Below are positions 1 to 11,565 of a stretch of 64,000 nucleotides of DNA, piece by piece; the first letter of the stretch is position 1, and every line of letters starts with the position of its first letter. The position numbers and the translations under genes are program-made. The notes under the pieces are model-generated. The model saw only the letters and a program-made list of their open reading frames with translations. It was not told the origin of the DNA and ran no database searches. Origin of the DNA: Trichoplax sp. H2 (taxonomy: Eukaryota); contig NOWV01000018.1 of assembly GCA_003344405.1 (NCBI GenBank), forward strand, positions 372,001 through 436,000, in the 5' to 3' direction.

Positions 1-804
1 GCTGTAACAGTTAATTCTTTGTTGGGATTACGGTCATATTAAATTTACATATCTTTTCGAGATTAACAATAAATAACTTTGACAAAAAGTTGATTGAAAG
101 GGTATTTTATAAGCTGTTTAATCAGTGGTGAAAGACTTACACCTAATCAAGTGCTTGTTATAAATTTTTTTGTGTTTGTAGTTTAGAATTGATACGTATA
201 AATATATGAGAATATCATAAAAAATGTATACATAGAGTAAGGTCTAAATTTTAATTTCGTTATTACGTTTCAGTGAATAATAAAGAAAGCATGAATGACG
301 CCCATACCATAATATGCTAAGAAGGTCATGGCCGAGTTTAGAATAAAATTAGGGATAAATGTAGTGTCTATGTAACTACTACAACAGTAATTAACTATTA
401 AAGACCAACAATTGATCTGAGGAAATACCTTTCATCACTTTCATTTTTTACTGTTAATTAAGAATTTATTTTATATTTCCCATATTGACAGAATGATCAC
501 TAAATAGCTCTTTATTTATTATTTCATTAGAGTGCGGTTTTAACGCACGTGTAGAACTAACATGACAATCTAATTAATGAATATCTTCATCTGCATCTTT
601 TATTCTATCTTAGCTACTGATACAGTACCATATTATCCACTTTATTGAAAAAAAACAATATCTGAAACTTGCTTAAATGCATTCATTATTACAATATAAC
701 TAATAACTGTGCATTGAGGATTGCAGTGTGGGTAGAATAATTGATTGCAAAGTTATCTTGATCAGTTACACTGATTGATGAAACTACCATCCACATACCA
801 CTAA

Positions 805-3800
805 TTACATTCTTCTATTAGACGTGAAATATATTGCTAATACCGATATTGCCTGAAAGATAAAAGGCGATACTAATTCAACTTTGTGAAACCTACAAAA
901 ATCTCCTTTTCGTTTAACCTATCATTCGAAAATACTTACCAATATTAGTTCTAGTATGTATGAAAGCAAACTGAGGTCTCCCGTATAAATTTTTTCAAAA
1001 TTGGCCAGAGTAACACAATCGAAAAGGATGGATATTAAGAAATTGCCATAAATTTCGAACCTATACATGGAGCGATCAAATCGACGTAAGTCTATATAAA
1101 TTCACCATTTCAATAGATTGTAATGAACTTTACTTAATATTCATAAATGGCTTGGCATTATCACGGCTGGAAGCTGAAATGTTCGATGATTGCCAATCAT
1201 TTTGAAGAAGAGGCATAGATGAGCCAATAATTCCACCGTAAATGACGAGAATGGGAGCAACTACACCTAAATAGAATTCGCTACCTTGAACCAACCAACA
1301 GCTTCAAACAAGCAAAAATAGAAATTATATAAACATTTGTACAACGTGCATTGTAGTTAAGTATATCTTGAATAGTAAACTATGGCAATAATACAGCAAA
1401 TTAAAGCCAACTAAGCATTATTTCAGGACTATGACGTTATTAGATAATCGACAAGAGCCGTGAGCCGTCAATAAAATCTTACAATCGACCGACACCAAAG
1501 CTATCTTTGCCTATGGTGGCCGTTAAAATGGTCATCAAACCAGGTAAGCCTTAAAGATAAAACAGGGCGCAAAGTCTATTGAGATCATTATATTCTGGAA
1601 AGGTTTCCCTAATTAAAGAGAAAATATTAGGCCTACCGTAGACAATGACAAAAAACCAAGACCATCTCTTCAAAGAGCTAGCTTGCAATAGCTGGAACGA
1701 AATGGAACTAACTTCATTAACGGTCCAAAGCATAGAGGTGATACTAATAAGGCAAAAGTATTGAGCGAAAAATCCGGTTATTCTGCACGCTACCTAAAAA
1801 AAAATCGAAGCAAAAAATTTCGTACACAAACAGCGGATAAAATTGCGTTGTATCAACGTGATGGTAAATGGAAGTAATTGTAATAGAAATTGTATTGTTT
1901 TGTCTCTTACCGAATTAATATCGAGTGTACTGTCGTATTGATCAATACCAAAAGCAAATACGATTTGCATAACAAGCAAAGCAACAGTAGTATTAATGTG
2001 TACTATGTCAAGACTAGTTTTCCTCGATCTGTTATAGAATAATATTCATAAGAAATTAAAGTTATTTCGTTCATTTTTTACTGTCAAAATTATGCATCTT
2101 AGTTTGACATTTTTATCAATCAACGCTAAAACTCTAAGATATCAAACCTTAGTAGTAAAATTAATAGTAGTGTGTAGATAGAAACAGGAACTATATCGAA
2201 GATTTTCGATCTTATTCCGGAATTTTGTTCTCTATTCTGATACGTTGACTATGGATATTGTTAGAAAAATATAGACATGGATTATGTACGAATAATGTCC
2301 GCTATGCGGATGAGTTAAGCATGGGAATAATTAACAACTTTGTGGACATAAATTATGCATGATATCGATGCAGCTTGCACATAAATTTTTATCATAATGA
2401 GTTTACTAAAGGCATAGTTAACGAATTAGTAAACATAAATTAATGCAAGATGCCAATGAAATGAAAGTTAAGTATAGGTTATGTTATCATAAATCAGTAT
2501 TCAATTAAAACTTACAGTTTCGTTACGTCTGACATCCATCGAAACAGATTGCATAGTGCTTGCAATACCAGTTAAATCAGTTGCTAAAAAACGAAGTCAA
2601 AACTTTTAAGAATCGAAATAAAAAGGTATAACTATTCACATTAGTTACGAGCATAGCAGAGCTACTACTAAATGCTTAAAAGTCAATCATACACCATGCA
2701 AAATTATAACACCCTCCAATTTTTCTATCACTTAAGTAGATTTGAATTGTGCACTGGTAATAATTAGTCTTTCATTTGTCTATAAGGAAATCTAAGATTT
2801 TTAGCATATTTTTCAATCATAGTAAAATACAAGGGCTAGCTTTCATAATGTTAGCAAATTCAGATACAAAATAAAGGAATTAGCATGATATCTCAACATA
2901 TACTACGACAATTAAATACTTGAAGATCATTAGGTTACTTTCGCCATTTATTAGTTTCATCTATACTTGATACTATTTGATACTAACGTTGAGCAGAGAT
3001 CCGTGCAGATTCGGTCTCATCGATTACTGCCCTCCTTCTCCTAAAACCGCTAGAAGAAGTTCGAGACGATGTCGGTACAAGATGTGGTAGTTTAGTAGTC
3101 AAGTCAAAATTTGGGCAAACAGAGGGACAGGTGAAGACTAATTCTTCCGTAGTTCTTGTTACTGTTTCGATCCATGGTGGGCAGCTAATGACGGTTCTTG
3201 AAATTGTAGTCGTGGTATAAACTGTTTTCGTTGAATGAATACAGATACTTGACAAAGTTTCAAGTGGTTCAGTAGAAAAACTTTCCAATTCGACGAAGCT
3301 AGAAGTCGAAAAAACATCTGATTTGACTGAGCTAGTAACAACGGTGGTAACAATTTCCGGTACAGATGTTTCGGTACTAGTTAGGAATTCTTCACTTTCC
3401 TCTGAAGAAAAGACTAAGGATTCAGATTCACTTTCTAAAACTCGATACTTCACTTGAAATAACCGTTGTACTTGGGGCAACGGAACTGCTTACACTACTA
3501 CTTGTGCTAACGGAAGATGATGAAACTACGGTTGTTGTCACAATTGTGCTCGAGACTTCACTAGTTACATCTTGACTAGATGTAATAGCTGATGTTGACT
3601 CTATTTCCTCAGAAGAACTTTCTATCTCAGAAGAGATTTCACTACTGACAAATTCAAATGATGATATTTCACTTTCTTCGACGATGGTAGTAGAAGGTTC
3701 GATAAATTCGCTCGATTCAACACTAGTTATGATTTCTGCAGGAGTTGAAGATATAACCAATGATTCAACTCGAGTAGTTGTCATCCTTCTACTTGATACT

Positions 3801-5483
3801 GTGGAAACTGATCTACTAAATATGAAGGTCGAGGAAGACGATGATGTCAGTACGCTAGAGGTTTCCGGAACGCTGGATGATGTAATAACACTCGAAATAA
3901 CGCTTGAGCTTTCTATGGAACTTGTAATCACTGTTCATTGATAAAAAAATTGATGTAAACTCATTACATACATTCATTAATTAGGCCGTACGAATTATGC
4001 TATGACCAAGTATTACTATTTATCGAGGCAAAACGTTTACATTATCGCAAATAACTACAAAAAGCGCAGATAAAACTAGAATCGATTCTTTACCATCTTC
4101 TCGACTTGATGTCAGTTGCGTGACTGAAGTAGTACTCTGCTGTGGAATAATGGACGATGTTTCCTTATCGCACTTAATTTTCTTATACCACGATTGACAG
4201 TGCTTCAAGGTTTCTATTATGGAGAATATTAGCATGTTAATATGTCCAAGATGGTTATTCTAACTGCAATCTTGAAACGGTTGCATTACGAAACTTACTT
4301 CTTGATCCAAGATAAACCTTGCATATTTCAGGCCAACTTAATTTACGATACCATATAGCAACTTGGCTAAATTTAGCTTTTGTCGTTGTTTTATGATAAA
4401 TGGATCGCCCAAGATAAAATTTAGTAAAGTTATAATGTGATGGAGCGTAATGGTAACGGCCAACTTCGCATTCTTTTGTGTTAACAAATAGACGAAATTT
4501 TTGATGTCCGTTAAAAGTGAAAAGAATATGAGCCCATTTACCAATAATTCTAGACGGAATTGTGGAGTAATAGATAAAATTGCCAACGGAAGCAATAAAG
4601 TAAGGATGTTTGCCGGAAAATAATGCAATTCTAAAAAAGTCTTTTAATCCACCAGCACTAACATAGTAACCATCATTATGATAACCATACAGTGCAATCA
4701 TCTTGATCCATAGACTCACTGTTAAACCGTTAGTACAAAGTGATAAATTTCCTAAACATTCATCGGTATATTCACCGAGATGTACCCAACTATGGCCATC
4801 GGTACCAATACCACCCGGCTGAGGAGGACATGGCCATAAAACAGCAGCATAGTGTTCAGCTTTACCATCATATCGACCGCAGACATTCTCAATTATTTTA
4901 CCGTCCTTTAGTTTACTTAACGGCCAAAATTCGTCGGCTCCGCAAAACCAATCCTCTATTTATTTAAATGTAAAATTAAGTTTAAAATCGATGAGTACTG
5001 TAAATCGTTTACTGTCATTTAAATTGGTATATAGCCTCTAAAAAGACTACGGTATTTCGATTTTAAAGTGAATTATTGTTGGATTATTTTAATCTTTTTG
5101 ATTTAAAAAATCAAAGAACGTGGAGATATAAAAAATGCAGATAGGGATCTTCCTTGCTATTTCGAATTCATAACTTACTTTTGCCTTTGTGGTGATGATA
5201 ATAATCATCATAAACCCAGTCTGGAGGATATGTATTATAAGACCAATATGAATTGTGATGATAGCCACCATAGCCATGCCCGCCATGCTGATCATCATTG
5301 TGGCCATATCCTGCTTGATATAATAGACTCGAACCTAAAATTAGAACAAGCTTGATAGAGAAGTGAAGATTGTTTATGTCGCAATTGATTGTATCCAATA
5401 AATCAGAAATGCTAGTCGCCTTTAAGAATGAAATTGTGATTAGAGAAATCACTTAAACTTACAATTGAAAGTGTTTTCTGCAT
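805..5483 (-). CDS. Adhesion-class (secretin-like 7TM) GPCR, ADGRD/GPR133-like pentraxin/LamG ectodomain plus Ser/Thr stalk; 13 predicted exons with one frameshift
   Basis: Exons with AG/GT boundaries and consistent phases: 5483-5463, 5350-5179, 4955-4299, 4213-4094, 3930-2988, 2583-2516, 2248-2148, 2027-1911, 1793-1637, 1549-1483, 1301-1134, 1060-940, 852-805. Signal peptide MQKTLSILVLILGSSLLYQAGYG. LamG-like CLGNLSLCTNGLTVSLWIK...GKWAHILFTF...FSQVAIWYRKLS. Family-B TM motifs: IVHINTTVALLVMQIVFAFGI (TM2), ACRITGFFAQYFCL (TM3), YGLPG (TM4), FCWL (ECL2). The 3' end is uncertain. Confidence 0.8.
2988..3930 (-). other. Ser/Thr/Glu-rich mucin-like stalk exon
   Basis: ORFs 3428-3931 and 2983-3480 are both low-complexity S/T/E/V-rich and are joined by a frame change near 3437-3440. 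Confidence 0.8.
4299..4955 (-). other. Exon encoding a pentraxin/laminin-G-like domain of the adhesion GPCR
   Basis: ORF 4255-4719 extended upstream to an acceptor: WPL...WVHLGEYTDECLGNLSLCTNGLTVSLWIK...W.HI.FTF.G....LFVN...LGR...F..VAIW...LS..EI pattern. Confidence 0.75.
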
Positions 5484-7589
5484 GATGCTTGGTATTTGCT
5501 GAGAAATACCTGCTGCAAAAGAATCTGTTTATATATCAGCGCCTGGCAAAATGAGGCCGGTTTGCTGTTCTCATGTGTTTAAATCTACTCCTTGGGGCTT
5601 CATACGGTACTATATATGGCTTTAATCCACCAAAGCATACAATCTACATTGTAAGATTTTATCCTATTATAGACGATATGGTACGTTCAATTACTGATTC
5701 ATTATTGAGGCAAAATCTTAATAACCCGTTAAATATGAAAGTTAAGCTGGGAAAGGCAATTATGCTTCCAGTAGGTAAGAAACCGCAAACTTTTCTTCAC
5801 CGTTAGATAAAAGAGACTATAATTTAGCCGTGATTGCTTTCATGGACAAATCATTGATTATCGTACTGTATATTCATTGATAGCTTAGACGAAAAAATGT
5901 TGGAGTTATAAATGATATTACCATCATCTAATATATGAAAATCACTTTTTAGGCAACAAAATGCCTTATCAAAGCGTGTCAATTATAAAATACTTACGTC
6001 AATGTCAACAAATCAGCAAACAAAAGTAACAGCCTATGCTTTCTCATTACATCCATATTTGCCGGATTAGGAGGCAGACTGAGGTTTTGCAAACCTACGT
6101 CAGTAAAATTATCACGTGGAAAAGTAGTGATGTGCTATATTTTTTAATTTAACCCAGCTCGATAAATATCGTGTGCATAATCATCAGACTTCATCACATT
6201 TTCATGGCTTCGTGATGTGCCGGAGTAACGCAACGCATGTAATAGGCAAGTTGCTAAGCCTCCGCTCACCAGAATTGCCTCAAATGTTATGCAGTGATCC
6301 CGTAAATGCGGAATGAGAGGGAATTAACCTTATAGTGGTGCTGTTAGCTGAATTTTTAATTTGATGGAAAATATTGAACAAGGTAAATCTGGACTTAATT
6401 TAAATACTCTTAAAATGATAATCTTGAACCAACGGCAGTTGTAGAAATCCAGAAAATATTTGTTCGGTATTTTAGTCCGCTTCACTGCAACAATTGCTTG
6501 AGCGCATTGTAACAAAATGTAGATTATGTTGAATTCTTGATTGCTTACGTAAGTATAATATGGAATCTGGGCCATCTCAGCTAATGAAATACAAAAACCT
6601 TTCTATGGTAGTAAAGGTTATATCAGTTCCGTTAAGATCTTTTTATTCATAAAAATTTCGTTCTTCAAACGGTTGATACATGCGCTGGTAACAAAGCTAC
6701 TCTCCATCTGGTGCTCATTATCTAAGACCATCTTTTTATACGCATCATAAACTATTTTGAATGTACTGATCGGATCAGAAATTGGCTCTCTTCACTGCAA
6801 AAGTTGTTAAATTTAGTAGTAATATTTTGTGTAGCTTGACTGTAAAAAATTGTAAAAGCCGATATGTGTTATAGTTTAGTATTTATTAAATCGAGATTCG
6901 AAAGAATGCGGCGACTGAGCGTAGCACACCCTACCTGTGAAATGCGCAAATATGTTTTGATTTGAAACGATAGCAACATTCACACAAATTCTTACAACTA
7001 GGTACAACATGAGAATCATTTGCAATTATCTATCTATCTACTTCAGATTGCATTTATTCGTAACCGGAATAGGGAACGCAGCACTTCCTTGATCCTCACA
7101 TTGAAAATTATTTTAAAACCGCTACTGTAAATGAAACAAAAATTGCTATGAGTACATTAGTAACCAACCATGCTAGAAATAATCTGACCGTTAATTTGTT
7201 TTCGTGTGTTATAACTTGATTATTATTAGTTTGCTTACTTCATCTGAGCTATCGATACTAAACTATTCCTTCTTAATAAGATTAGGGCACAAATTTTTAT
7301 GCATATTTATCAATATCTTCACAGATGTTGCTCACGGATAATCTAACCACGACATTGTAACGATACTGTTAATTATTGAAATGGCAATAGTTTATCATCA
7401 GAGGGTGCAAACATTATGAATTTTCACATTTGAATATGTACTATCTTATTCTGACTATAATCCAATCAACGGAATTGCTTGAACAGTTACCGTGCGCGGG
7501 TTATAACAGAATGCACATACCCGCGTTCGCCACACTCGTTTAAACCAAAGTTTTACATGCGCGTGCCATCCGAAGATTATCTTGAAATG

Positions 7590-7606
7590 TTAGGGTTAGG
7601 GTTAGG
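7590..7606 (+). repeat. Short interstitial telomeric-type repeat (TTAGGG)x~3
   Basis: ttagggttagggttagg. Confidence 0.7.
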
Positions 7607-10600
7607 TAAATTTTAACATATGGTGATAGAAAATTCGAATCTGATAGAAATGACTTACTATGTGTTTTAATAACTTGTAGTATTAGTAGATATGAACTGA
7701 TATGGCAAGTAGCTTTGAATTGAACAAAATTACTGTTAGTACACACTGACATTCGAAGTGTTTGAAGCGACATCTTTTTCGCTTATTTCTCATTTCCTAT
7801 ATAGGGTAATAAGTGGTAAAGTATTTAAATGATTTCTACCATACTTCCTTGAAGCTTTTTAGGCTCGATGTTTGTAAACTATCAGTAATTTTCTGGTTAA
7901 CGAATTAAGAAGAATAATGATTTTAGATGCTAATTCTTAAAGGAGTTACATGAATAAATTGCCACATACAATATTTCTACGATAATATCGGAAAGATAAC
8001 TCATCGTATATTTACCATTCCAGTTACAAAATCAATGCATTACATTCTGCTTTACCTTTTACGTTGGCATGCAGAATTAAAGTTCGAAGAATTCTACTGT
8101 AGACGTAGTAATGCTATAATCGATATAAAATACAAAGATTGCAGGTGATTGTTGCTTCGCTACCGGTAATATTTGGAAGTTATAATAGTAACACGCGTAC
8201 ATATTTTCCTGTCAAAAACAGTTATGTAAAGTAAATTTTTTATCATAATGCGCGAAGCTATCGCGTACTCCAGATTTTGCTAGAAAAGAACATAGCAGCA
8301 TAATAAATTGGATTGTAAACGAAAAGTATAATACATAGTTTTAATAGGTGATTTACTCTGAACAATAAAATCCCCTTCAAGATATAATTGTAATTCTACG
8401 GTACTTTATGCTAGTATGCATTACCCTCGGTATTTAACAACATACCGTGAGGATAATTGTTAACCCATAGTGCTTTGGTGTGTCTTGGTGTAGAGAGGAA
8501 AACGAAAATTCTATCAGTCATTTCATTATAAGCTTGATAATTTAGAATAAAGCTTAGTCTTGGCGTAATTGCTTCAACATAATGTTAAATATCACGATAT
8601 CTCGTAAAAGATTTATTTCCTGATGTGATGGTATCATTGGTTATAGGTATTCAGCTATTGAACACGTAGTTTCAAATTTCTGTACTGTAATTATTATTAG
8701 TTTGATCGTAGAAAAGAGTTCATTTTCGCATATAATGCCACTGTTGGTCATAGATATTCAACCGTTGAATACGTAGTTTTTAGTTTCTAGTTTCTGTAAT
8801 GTACGAGTATTTAGTTTGATCGTAGAAAATAATTTGTTCTGAGATTTTTGATCCTGCTAATTCAACACAATTTCTAGAAAGGCCTACGATTGATCTTTGC
8901 TTAAATAATAACTAATGATAAGAAGTTCAAAACGATTTAGAATACGAGACGCAGTATACTGTAGGCTAGTAACTACAATTTACTATCTATAAATTCTGCC
9001 TAACAACTCGGTCTAGTATACACTACTACTAACGAAGTAGTGATAGTATGGCTTGAAATGTTGGGCAGAATCATCTTCCTAGCTGCTATTTCGAACTATC
9101 TTCAAAGTTATTTAAAGTATTTTACGAATCGTAGCTACTGGTAGATAAAATTTTCTGTATTGTTCTGGAGATTATGAAACATTCCCAACTCTTTTACTAT
9201 CTTCAAGTCAGATCTTCAATTTATTGGTTAGTTTTTGCAAACAATTTGTCCTTCAATTAGGTCTTATTATTATGTACCCATATTGCTCATTTTTTTGTCT
9301 GCATTTTCTTTCACTAGTCCAGTAATTATTTTTTAGGTTCTTACCGTACTTTTTACTCCAGTTTGATTGATTAATACGCTAACGTTGCGAAAAGTGCGAG
9401 CTAAAAGGTTATTTTACCCTACCATGAATAAGACATCGATAATTCAGAGCCAGGTCAAAGTGACCCTGAAATAAGTAGGAAGGTTATAGCTTTGTTACAT
9501 ACCTTAAATGTATTGTCTTAAATATGATCTCATTAATATATAAGTCACAACGAGAATAAAGCATTATTAGAAATTTGTGTTTCTGGATGCCCAGTCTGTA
9601 TTACAAGGTGCAGTAAAATACTCAGCAAATGTATTTACGCTTACACTGCGGTTTAACTTATGTAAATGCAATAAAGTACTGGAGTTTGCTAAGCAAAGGA
9701 TTTCGTTATCATAAATAATAAAACCAAATTTGTAGAATATAATAAGTACAGCGGATATTTCTGATTTATTTGGTGTATCGTGTCGATCAGTTATTTTAAA
9801 AAATAAAGTATGCACCTTTCTTGACCATTGACAACAGACTGTAGTTCCGGTTGTTAGTTGACTAGTGATAGAAACTGCACAAACTCATTTGCCGCAAGTA
9901 TTGGTATATTTTTCTACGCCAAATATTTAGCAATCCCTGATATTCAGGACATGAATGTAACATTAATAGATCATTACCTAGATAAAAGTCCTTCACTAAT
10001 CTGTAAAGTGATAAAATATAGTTGTTAGCAATTGTTCTTTCACGATTTGATCCTGGATAATCAAAACGGCTGCCGGCAAATAAACGCCATGTATAGTACT
10101 ATAGGGATACGACACTATTTTCGCTGTAAGATTCTAAATACTATACAGTGCGAAACTACACGTTGTTATGTATCACTAGCTAGGGTAACAGAAATTAATG
10201 TGGAGATCAAGATGCCGATGAATATACCATACGCGTGGTCGTTTGGAATAAAAACAGTTGCATATGATTACACACTTGTACTTTTGTGCAGCAAATTTAT
10301 CCCCTAATCACATTATATCTATTAGTGTCTTCGCGAAATGAGCATCGTTCAGTATAAAATCATACAAATTGAAGATACTCTTAAAGGCTTTCTATTTGTA
10401 AGGATATTTAATAAGAAGACAGAAAGCTTGCGATAAGCTTTATAAAGGCCATATTGTGAAATGAATAAGTCCATGCAGGGTATTGTGTGAGCGTTACTTA
10501 CGATCTTATGTAGCTGCTTCTTAAAGGTTAGAATTGATTGTGTTTCAATCAATGTATGAAGTGATTTCTACTGGATAGATTTCGAGATTCTTATTTAAAG

Positions 10601-11565
10601 CTGGTTAGTTGAGCGCGTAGAGAAATTGGCCGATTACTTCGCAGACATTTAAAAGCCACTTTTACATTACGACGGAAAGCTTACTCTCTTGAAGGTGAAA
10701 AAGCAAAAATATACCCTTATTCGCTGATTAAGGTAAAGTAATGTGATTTAGTAGTTAACAAATGTAATAGTTTATCCGAAGAGCACTGATATTGCAAATA
10801 AATGACAAATTTTAAATGTTTGTTGGAGTCAAACGTTCTGGCTAGAAATTTTCCAATCATTTTACCTATATTTGCAATAACGTGTAAAATTAGATATCCT
10901 ATTACGAAGATTCCTTTACCGGCGTAAATAAGCCTAAATAAAGCTGCTTTTGATTTTAGTCTCAAATGAGAATCAATGTTCCTTTGCCAGTTTAAAAACA
11001 ATACCTATGCGTATGTTTAGTATTAGTAATTATACGTTCTTATGAATATGGTATTTGGCGAAATATGCGCCCATTCAGTATTATACTAACAAAGTTAAAA
11101 GGTCTTTTCGGTACTCATTATCATACGAGCATTTATCTACTACGGTATACGAGTATAATTAAAAATAACATAACTATGGAGAATAACAGGGATACCGAAA
11201 AACTTTTACAATTGCTGAGGTTTTCATATCCGATTTCAAAATATGTTGATGAAAGACTGGCCCTTCCATATTAACTAACATTTATTGTTTCAACATCCGT
11301 TCCTGAATTGTTATATCCGTACAAACAGATAATTTTGACCAAAGAAACAAAATTGTTTTATACATAAGCGGAAATCAACATGACCAAATTTACTTATGAA
11401 TCGATTTCATCATACGGGCGCACATACATGCATATGCTAATTTTCTTAGATATCAGCTTTATCCAACGATAAAGTTACGATTTACCTGTTAATCATTATC
11501 CATCTCGTTCTATCTCTGCATCGAAATCAATTTCTAAAGTAGATTTATTTCAAATAATCGACAAC

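Noticed and set aside
3684-3941. Plus-strand 85-aa ORF and the overlapping 3159-3353 ORF
   Set aside because: Antisense or alternative-frame shadows of the low-complexity mucin exon.
5998-6094. Minus-strand exon-like segment with good splice sites (..MRKHRLLLLFADLLTLT)
   Set aside because: Ends in phase 2, which is incompatible with exon 2 of the GPCR; at best a UTR exon.
8655-8830. Short ~60-bp diverged direct repeat
   Set aside because: Ordinary local duplication with no sign of function.
9452-9466. AGGTCAaagTGACCC, an ERE-like inverted repeat
   Set aside because: A single imperfect short motif in 64 kb with no supporting context; chance cannot be excluded.
5600-11300. Numerous 60-95 aa ORFs between the adhesion GPCR and DENND5
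   Set aside because: No recognisable motifs or consistent exon chain; composition is typical of random AT-rich ORFs.
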